Assembly (NCBI GenBank): GCA_020536535.1
Contig: JAHLWZ010000870.1
Coordinates: 1,156 to 65,155, forward strand
Length of the DNA: 64,000 bases
DNA from: Pelomyxa schiedti
Lineage: Eukaryota > Protista > Evosea
Direction of reading: 5' to 3'
A program made the translations under genes and the position numbers. This document shows, piece after piece, positions 33,301 through 42,631 of this stretch. Under the pieces are notes generated by a model. That model did not search any database and was not told where the DNA came from. It was given only the letters and a program-made list of their open reading frames with translations. The stretch's first letter is position 1, and each line of letters starts with the position of its first letter.

Positions 33301-35646
33301 GCCATGGGCGAAAAGAAGACAACGAGAGATCTCCCACGTTTTTGCAGTTTCTTGGTAGCAACGTCTTCTAGTATCATTACTTATGTCTTGTCCCCAGATT
33401 GTGTTTTCCAGATTTCTCTGCAGTTTCCTGTGGCGTTCGAGTTTAATGATTCTTTTCTTCTTGCAATAGTCGATTCGCTGTATTCTTGCAGGTAGAAACA
33501 ACAACAAAAAACCCACAAAATAATTTGCTTTCTGAGGTTTGGTACTTTTTTGGCTGACTGTCAATTTCAACGGACAGCTCTCCAACTTGCTCTCAATACT
33601 GTTTCCTTGTGGTATTTTCTTTTCTTTCTTGGTGTTGACTAAGTTTTCCACTTTTGTAAAGGTCTGAAATCAATTCCAATTTAGATCCATTCTTGAATAC
33701 CTTATATTCACCGGTATCAGGCTTTTTTCTTTTCCATGTCTTATGTCTCTTAGACAGATAAAGTAATCTGGCCAAAAACAGATATAAGATATCTGTGCTA
33801 TTGGCAAGGGTGTGATTTCCACTGTAGGTTTGCGCATGTGTAACCCAAAAAAGTTGTTACCAGAGATATCCTGTGGAGTATGTATTTGACTCCCTTGGTT
33901 GGCGTGAGGAAAGGAATAATGAAACCTCTTGCATAGAACAGTACTCAACCCTATGCTCACAAGTATAACAACTCCCGTGGAAGAAATATAGGGAATTTAG
34001 TACCTGTTTAGGAACCTAAAAATCGCATCACTCAAGCCATAGTGTTAAGTGAATACGACAGCCAAGACGGTATTATAATCGATGTAAATTCCTTCTTACC
34101 GAGTGCAGATGAGCAAATGTCCATTTCAGCTGCAGTGATAAATCTACCTGCAGGAACCCGAGTCATAGTACTAGATGCCACAAACGAAAACTTGTGGATG
34201 GTAGCAATGGAAAGTGATCCCACAGCGAAAGGCTATTTCCCTCGTTTCAATCTTCAACCAATCTCCACTGTGCCTGGTAATTTCTAGGATGTCTTCACAA
34301 TGTGGGCCTTACTATAAAAAGATGAAGCAAAACCTGAGAGCGTTCTGGAAGAAAAAAGCAAAGACCCAGAGAAATTAGAAAAGGCGGAAAAGCCAAGCCC
34401 CAAGTTAGAAAAACTGTACAAAAGTAAGGTAGGGTCTTTCCGAGCTAAGACTCTGCTCTCACGATAGAGAATTCACAGATGAAGAATGTATTTTCTATTT
34501 CTGCGCCATCGCGATTTGTCCACGTTGTACATGTCGGAGCAGATACACAGGTGATATTGTAGGGAATAAAAATTACTTAATTTGTTTAGCAGCCGGTATC
34601 TAGTGCACCGCCAGTAGCTCCTTTGACGTTCACACCTACAAATCCCACCAAACCAACAGGGAAACAAACAGTATGGATCTTCTTTAAATTTTTCCAATCT
34701 AATCTGTCCACACAATTCAAAAGAGATGGGCAACAATGTACAACCACTTTCCTTCTTTCGTTTCTTATTTACGCCTTTCACACTTATAGAAGACAAAAAA
34801 AAATTGGTGGAAAACGGCAGACAGAAATGTAACCTACTCCTTTGGGAGAAGTGAAAGAGCATTCTAATTGCATCTAGGGTTTTTGATTCTGAATCCCTCA
34901 CAACTGTGTCTGTTGCCACATACCACAAAGCTCCCATGAGTCCTCGTCCTGGGCTCACCGTGCCTGATGAACCCAATCCCAGCCCACGGCTTACCCCAAG
35001 CCCCGTGGGTGATCCCAATGACAGTGACAGTGGAAAAGAAAACACCATAGACAACGACCCCACGGCCGACGACAAAACTCTGGACACCTCAGTGGTCGGG
35101 GGTGAGTCCAACCCCGAACTCGGGGAAAAACCCACCAACACCACAACGGAGGAACCAGATGCTCAACAACACAAGCCCAATGGCACCACCATCAGCAACA
35201 ACACCCAGTACAACACTGACCCATCTCTGGATCCCGCACCCAGCAGAGCCAGGACACCACCACCGGCCCAGCCCCCGCTTTCACAACTGGGCTGGGAGCA
35301 GCAGAAGATAATGCACGGCTTGGATAGGAAACCACCCAAGCCGCAGTTCCGCCCCGAGACTCACAAGCCCTGCTCACCACCTCTCTGGGCCAACGCCGAT
35401 TTCCATGTACTATTGCGCAAGGCCAAGCCACCAAGAGGCGGCTGCGGGGTTGCACCCTTGTCACTAGCAACCTGCTTCTCAGTTATATCTTCTTCATCAA
35501 CTCCACTCACACCTACTACACCTACTACACCCACAACACCACTTTCACCATCACCAACACCAAGTACAATGCACAGGCGCAACACTTCATCCTCATCGGC
35601 AGATCAAACAAACAAACCACTCCCAAAACTACCACCAAAATCCTAA
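30343..35646 (+). CDS. Myotubularin-family PI3P/PI(3,5)P2 phosphatase with PH-GRAM, SH3-like and CRIB motifs
   Basis: [10 protein letters not shown] (GRAM); [16 protein letters not shown]; catalytic [12 protein letters not shown]; [13 protein letters not shown]; QFPVAFEFN; then SH3-like segment and [14 protein letters not shown]. Confidence 0.9.
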
Positions 35647-35753
35647 CCACCTACCACCCCCCCTTATACTATTGACTTTTGGCCTTCAACAAAGGCTACT
35701 TTTTTTTGGTAACAGAAACTAACAACAAACAAGAAAAATCTTTTTTTCTCAGT

Positions 35754-36868
35754 TTAAGAAATCAAACACCAAGAAGGGGTAGGTGGTGGTTTTTGTTCTT
35801 CTGTGCCCAGAACGCGGTAATGCTTTTTAGCAAGAGCCATCCAAAATTTTGGTACCATGTCACATACCGATTTGTAGTCATCTGAAGGCTTGGAAACAAT
35901 TCGGAGCTCAAATGGGGCATTCCCCATCAGCACTGCAATATCATCACTCCAGGAGAATAAGCACGCACCGGTCCAGGATTCATAGGAATTGAGTTCTATA
36001 ACCTTAATGTGGGGAGTTTGGCCCTGGTCAAAGGCATCCACATCCACAAAAAGGTCAACAATGTAGGTATCTATGTGAGAGAGTCGGTTCTTCAACTCAG
36101 AGTCAAAGAATGAGTGGAATAGATTGCAGAGGTCGGCGTGGTGCTTTGCAATCTGAGGGTAGTAGCACAAGTGGTCATACTGGCTTACAGCTGTGAGCTT
36201 ATTCCCTTTGACCCAAGCCCGGAATTCGTAGTGTTGCTTTTTACAAATTTCGTGGTCCCATTGGCGGAGTGCTATGCAGGTTCTGACATACGGAAAGAGA
36301 GTTTGAATGCTATTCAAATCCTCGCGCACGCGCCAACTTTTGCACAACAATTTGAGAACATCAGTTCCATTCCTTACGGCCAGTCTCTCCTGCAAAGCGC
36401 GCATTAAGCCATTGAGTACATCTTGCGGAGTTACAATTGGAAGAGAGGAGGGGTCAGTCGGAATTGGCTCTTGCGGTACTTGCCTTTCCGTTTGTGTCGA
36501 GTATTCCAGGATGAATTTGATTACATCTTCTTGAAGCTCTGGATCAGAAGTGTTTGACACAATAGCATCCTTTGGGCTTCTGCTGTCCAGCTTAACAAAT
36601 GCAACCCTTTCGGAGGCCAGAGCTCTGTTCACCGCCTCGTCCCCTCCCTTCCCGGAAGCAGAACCCTTCACCGAATCCGAACCCGGATCATACAGCTCCC
36701 TCAGCGCCGAGTCAATTCTCCCAGCCAACGCCACCAAAGTGGCCAAATGCACTTCCTCAGTCCCAGAACAACTCGCGTTCTCCCGCGTCGACGACGACAC
36801 TGACGATGACGCCCCAGAAGACGTTGCCGTTGTTATTGATGAAGAAGAAGAAGATGATGATGAGGACG

Positions 36869-36933
<65 letters not shown>

Positions 36934-37528
36934 GAGCTCGCTGTTGCCGCATTCGTGGCATCGCAACTGGAAGAAGGAGAAGGGGGAGGGGGAGGGGGCG
37001 AAGCGGCAGGCGGGGCGGCTGCGAGGCGCGAGAGCAGGGGGGACTCGGCCGGGGACGCCGCGAGGATGCAGCCCATGTCGGGCTCGTCGAGCCACACGAA
37101 CCGCGAGNNNNNNNNNNNNNNNNNNNNNNNNNNNNNNNNNNNNNNNNNNNNNNNNNNNNNNNNNNNNNNNNNNNNNNNNNNNNNNNNNNNNNNNNNNNNN
37201 NNNNNNNAGGGGGAGGGGGCGAAGCGGCAGGCGGGGCGGCTGCGAGGCGCGAGAGCAGGGGGGACTCGGCCGGGGACGCCGCGAGGATGCAGCCCATGTC
37301 GGGCTCGTCGAGCCACACGAACCGCGAGGGCGTGGTCACCCCGCGGAGGTGGGGGTCGACCGACGAGACGGAGAAGGCCAGGCGGTACCTCTGCTGCACG
37401 TAGTGTCCCATAAGCGAGTCCGGCACCCCCGCCGCCTTGCCCGCGTCCACCAGCCCGCTGATCAGCGGGTGCGTGAATTGAGCCTGTGGCCGTCTGGTCG
37501 TCGGCTGCTCTCGTGTTTCGGTTGACAT
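35754..37528 (-). CDS. CDC123/R2K-clade ATP-grasp protein; intronless once the gap overlap is collapsed; C-terminal CLIS
   Basis: FVKLDSRSPKDA, LRQW, EFRAWVKGNKLTAVSQY, YIVDL, VIELN and GACLFSW are D123/R2K motifs. Start is MSTETREQ at 37528. Confidence 0.8.
36868..36933. repeat. (GTT)22 trinucleotide repeat encoding poly-Thr in the CDC123-like gene
   Basis: Perfect run read directly. Confidence 0.95.
37108..37207. other. Scaffold gap (100 N) flanked by a duplicated 121-bp overlap
   Basis: 36987-37107 is identical to 37208-37328. Confidence 0.95.
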
Positions 37529-38073
37529 GGTTTTTGTTTGTTCGAAAAATGAACATTTCAGTTTCCACAAAAAGATTAATACACCGATTTGATGAACCAA
37601 CAGTACGAGAACGAGGAGTCAGAACAAGGCGTTGGGGCACGTGACCTGTGCGGGAGGCTCGTGGATTCCGCCATGGGGGAAGCCTGGGTGACGTGACGTG
37701 CTTTGTCTCAGTTTTGCTGCTATCTCTCAGAAGTTCTGTGGAGTGCTTCAGTTCCCCCAAGTTAAATATCAGCTGGTGACACAGTTCCATCTTCTGGCGG
37801 AACACCCCAATTTGAACAAGAATTTGGTGCTCTACGATGAACAAAATTGAATTTTGGATCGTCAATGGCTTTGTTCAAGTATTCCCATCTCTCTTCATAA
37901 TTCCTTCCTTCTCTCTCCACCAATATCCTTTTAGCTGGAATGTAACTTTATTTACAATGTAAACTAAAGTCCGTGGTAAACTCGCCAAAAACAACGTTCG
38001 AAAAAATCTGCACGCCTTCCACTGCGGCAGCAAATTGGTGTTTTTTTTGTGGTAATGTGATGAAGGCAATAGA

Positions 38074-41000
38074 TTAGGGTGACTTTGTGGCCTGAATGAA
38101 GGAATTTGCGGCATCGAGGATGTGTTGCCTCTTGGAGGGGACGTCAGTTAGGGAAGATGATGATAGTACTGTGCCTATCCATCGCTGGGCTTTGTTGGAG
38201 AGGAGAAGCCACTGCGTTTGCTGAAGTGGGAAGCGCTGCGCGAAGATAGATATGGCTGTGGCGGTGGCCCATACTTCCTTGGCAAGAGAGGGGTCCGGAA
38301 CCCACTCGCTGAGTTGCGGTGGGATGGATTTGTAGAAGTTGTCCATGTCTAGTTGCAGCACCTGGCCAAACTGCGCCGAGGGTATCCATGACCCATTGGC
38401 AGTTTGCAATAATATCTTTTTGTTTGTTGTTAGTGCGGTTTATTTAAGGTGTTTTTAATGGAGTGCATAGAGTACCAACTGCTCAAGGGGCCCAGAGTGC
38501 GCCAATGAGGTCACTTTGGGGGTTACAGAACTCAAGGGCTTCACGGATGTTATACTCGGAGGAGGGATATGTGGTGCTGAGGGAACAACAGATGCTGGCG
38601 GGACTTCGGAGGTGGGGAGATTCGAGCGCAAGTTTACACCCGTTTTAACCACTGATCCACTCATGATGTCAGCAAGAGAAGTCTTCCCAACACCCATATT
38701 CCCCAAGAAAATCACTGCACGTATTTCATTTTGAATAAATGGAGATTGACAGAACCTTTCAGATCAGAACCCGGATACTCAGACGAAAAGTCTACAAGAA
38801 TTTAGTTGTAATTAGATAAATGAAGCTTACTGGGAAAAAAGGCCTGTATAGCCTCTTTTAGGTTACTCAAAGTTTTGACGGACACCTCAAATATCAGAGC
38901 TTTGTACTTTTCACTTAGAGTTGCAGCTTCTTGATGGGAAACCTATAAAAAAGTAAGGTAACCAATCCAATAGTGTCGTGTTAAGAAAACCTCTCGGTTG
39001 CCAATGAGGTCTAGTTTATTCCCAAGAATAAGGAATGACACCTTTGTTTGCACTGTGGACATCACACTCTTTATCCACAATTCAGCTGCAGTAAAGCTCT
39101 CTCTAGAGGTAATGGAATACCTTTAAAACAGAATTACCTACAGGTTTCGCAAGTATATGGGATAAAACATGACTATGGCCCCCTGTGCTCCCTGAGATAA
39201 TGTGAAAAATATTGAACAACTGTGGAGCAAAGAGGAATTACCCTGTAGTACATTGGAGCCAGTGCCCCATAGCGCTCTGTGGAAGGAAAGTGAGTACCCC
39301 GCAAAGGAGTTCTAAATACCTTGGCCTGCAGTATCCCATAGTTGTACAGTACGGTCAATTCCATTAGACTGCAAGTTCATGGTATGGAAGTTGGCCCCAA
39401 CAGTACACTTACAGCTTTCAGCAAATGTCCTCCTTCCGAATTGGACTGACACGTCAGAGTTTTGTGCTACCTCCTCAGGTTGTATTGAACTTGGAACACT
39501 GGGTGATCGCGAGAAAAGCGAAAATGAAGGAAAGGATGGCAGCATGTTCCGTAACGAGTCAAAGAAGGAGCCACCAGAGTATCTTGAGGCAGAGGCAAGT
39601 TCTGATGTACCCATGCTTACATTGCACGCTGCTGCTGAAACGTGGCCATTTAAACATTCAATCGCTGCGGACTGCTCCTGGACCATGCTATTCATGTCTT
39701 GCATGGCTTGTTGTAAAGTTTCAATGTCCTCTTTTTTTTCGTTTGAGTGATAGTGGAGCTTGAATGAAGATACTCTGTAAGCTCTCAATACTCTCGTCTT
39801 CCGTTGGTGGGGACTTCACTGCATTACATGCAACCAAGTTCATGGAACCTGTAGAAATCACACATGACATACAAAAGAATAGGAAAACCTGAGACTGGTG
39901 TTTCTTGTTTCTGTACAGCAACAAAGCTTGTTTCAGAACTCAGTAAACTGTATCTAGGAATAATAGTGATACCAAAAAGAGAATGTAAGGCTCCAACCTT
40001 AGAGCAATTTGAGTTATTTCCTCGGAATTACGGGGAGATGCCAATTCAAGAGCTCTGGAAAGGATAATGAAATTACAAAGAAAGTTAGCAGAATTATACT
40101 TTATTCTCGATTTTGCAGCAAGGCGGGCAACCACATGCTCATCTTGCGCCGGGTGTGTGCCCAACCTTCAAAGACAATAAAAATTGATGGAATAAGGGGA
40201 TATGGGACATGCGTGATCTTGTGATCGTAAGAGCGAGAGTGGGCACTTGTGGTGTGCACCCTGACAACAACTGTATCTGGTACTGTGGCACCAGTGGGAA
40301 ATATCCCATAGCCTTTCTCCCATAAGATTTTGTTTCCATATCTAGAAGAAATACATATAACAAGGTCTCCATAGGAAGAAGCCATTTCTTCTGGTACCTG
40401 GATGACACCTGGGACCCCCCAAAGTATTTCCACTTTGATAATCATCGGCTATGAGAGTGTGTCAAGGTGGTGCTGGACAAAGTCAATGAAACCTGCAAGC
40501 AAAACTTCAACTGGAGCATAACTTTCTCTTCAATCACTTCTTCAGATGACACAAATTCTGCCTGGGCCGGCAAATGGTAAGGTACACCCAAACCAAAATG
40601 AAACCTTTCCATGTCCAATACTGGCCAAACCTAAGTTTTTCAATGGTCAAAAATCTGAAAACACAATAGAAATTCACAACCAGTCATCAGAGTGGCACTG
40701 GCATCAGCCCCAATGCCGAAGGTGAATATTCGGCTGTCTCCTTCAATGTTGTGAGAAGAGTAAAGATTCTTACTACACACCACAATGTTGATAAGCATAG
40801 TGAAGTAATTCACTCTCAGGGCACTCTCCATCTGTCTAACCAACGAATTAAAAATACTCAACCTAAAAGAGAGAAGACCAAGACAAAAATTTGACGAGGG
40901 AAAGTTGGGTGACGCTTTGATCCAAAAATAAACTTAAGAGGTGACAAAAGGTCTGTACCACCCATGTCAGCACTCATGCTGTCAATGTGAGAACATGCTT

Positions 41001-42381
41001 TAGCAAAACTTTTTTTTTTTTTGATCAGTAGGGTGCTGGTGAATTCATCAACTTTGTATCATTATATCTCTGAGAATCCGAGAATAGAGGTTTATACTGT
41101 GACCCAAATCCAATAACTATTAAAAATGGGAAAAACTTAGGCTAAATCTGAGCCTACCATTAAAAAGAGAGCCAACTGGCAAACTCCGTAAAAAAATTTG
41201 CAGGGCATTTTTGGCTTGGTTCATCCTAAAAGAAAGGTTATTGTATCCTTTAGGTAGAGGATTACTTAGATCCTGCCATACTTCCACTCTGATCCACAAT
41301 AAATACGATTTCACTCAGAGATTCATCATCAAGACTTCCTTCAATGTCATGCAAAAAATGAACAACAGCAGTGTGGTTCCCATCAGGGTCCTGAAAGTGA
41401 TCATTACGTATTTCCACAAAAAAACATAGACATACTATTTCCAGAAAAGCAGATGAAGGCACATCCATATGTGCAAAAAGAGCCAAATACTTTTTTAACT
41501 TGGCTAATGTGAGATTCTACGAATTATGGCTTCTGAAGAAACGACCTTATTACAACTAAAGGAGACCCTAGCAGAATTTCCCGAAATGGAGGGTATAACA
41601 GAAATGTCTTGATTAAATGTAATTGCCTGGATACTGGTTGCCATATTCAGTCTTATATCAGCAGAGAACCTTGCAGTGGGCCCCTAGGTAGTGTGAAAGG
41701 GATGCAGGGAGTAAGGTGAAAACAGGAAGTTTGTGTGTCCAAGGAAAGACGAGTTTCATTCTGCCACCAGCTGCTTGTAGTTCAGTGACATATTTGAACC
41801 ACACTTTGCAGCTAGATCCTGCTGGAAACCTGCCAATGCTGAGGCTGATAACACCCTGTTATTTAATGAGACAGCACTTCTCTTGTCTTGTAAAAGAGAA
41901 ATACATTGGTACTCTGTTCCATTAACACAGCTGTATGCCCAGCAGAAACAGCATCATCATATGTGTTTACTGCCTAATTTGAAATAGTTAAAAAAAAAAT
42001 AGAATGGAAGACTTCAAATGCAAACTTTTTCCCGAGCCTTGCACTGTGCCACAATTATGGGCTGATCAGCAACTTGCACTTCCACATGATACAGTGCACT
42101 TCGAGACTCCTGCCAAAATTGATACCTGTTTGACAGAAAGCGCCAATTCAGAAAGTCAAACCCAAAAAAAAGCCCCTCGCTCACTTGGCTTCAATGTCCA
42201 ACGCCGTGTCATTTACGAAACGTTGCTCCACACAGCACAACGCCGTAGCTCCCCTAATTTCACAAACAAGGCTCGACTCGGCCAACGGGAAAAACGAACG
42301 TTGGTTGGTGTTAGATCTCAGACCAGACACTTCCAACGGCAGATCCGTGTCGTACGCCTCGGAACCCTGCCTGCCAAACAT
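38074..42381 (-). CDS. VWA5A-like protein (VIT + vWA + C-terminal domain) with inserted SNARE motif and circularly permuted Rab-like GTPase
   Basis: VIT-like VEQRFVN..DIEAK; MIDAS FIVDQSGSM; QAKNALQIFLRSLP; RIFTFGIG. Then a SNARE heptad, [14 protein letters not shown] and GNMGVGKTS. C-terminal LQTANGSW..VWATA..QWLLLSNKAQRWI is typical of VWA5A. Confidence 0.85.
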
Positions 42382-42631
42382 TTTGTGATTGTCCCTTCAC
42401 CAACGAAAAGAGGAATATCTGTATCTCGAATGCACATCGCGCATTCAAACTAATGCTCATGGCTAGGAAGCTTTGTACGACCAGCGGTGGGACCCTTCCC
42501 CCCACTGTACCAGTGATCATCAGATCGCTAAACTGGTTCAGCAAAATTTCCTTTCGGTGAACCAGTTTATTTTGCCGTGAAAAACCAGAAGCGGAACGCC
42601 ACAGAAAAAAAAAAAAAAAAACCGGCAAGAG

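Noticed and set aside
36987-37328. 121-bp direct repeat and apparent frameshift in the CDC123-like gene
   Set aside because: The copies flank a 100-N gap and collapsing them restores one ORF. The same 121-bp length occurs at the other gap, indicating an assembler overlap artifact.
37529-37865. N-terminal part of the 703-aa ORF 35754-37865
   Set aside because: It is joined only by reading through Ns. The real frame upstream of the gap starts at MSTETREQ (37528).
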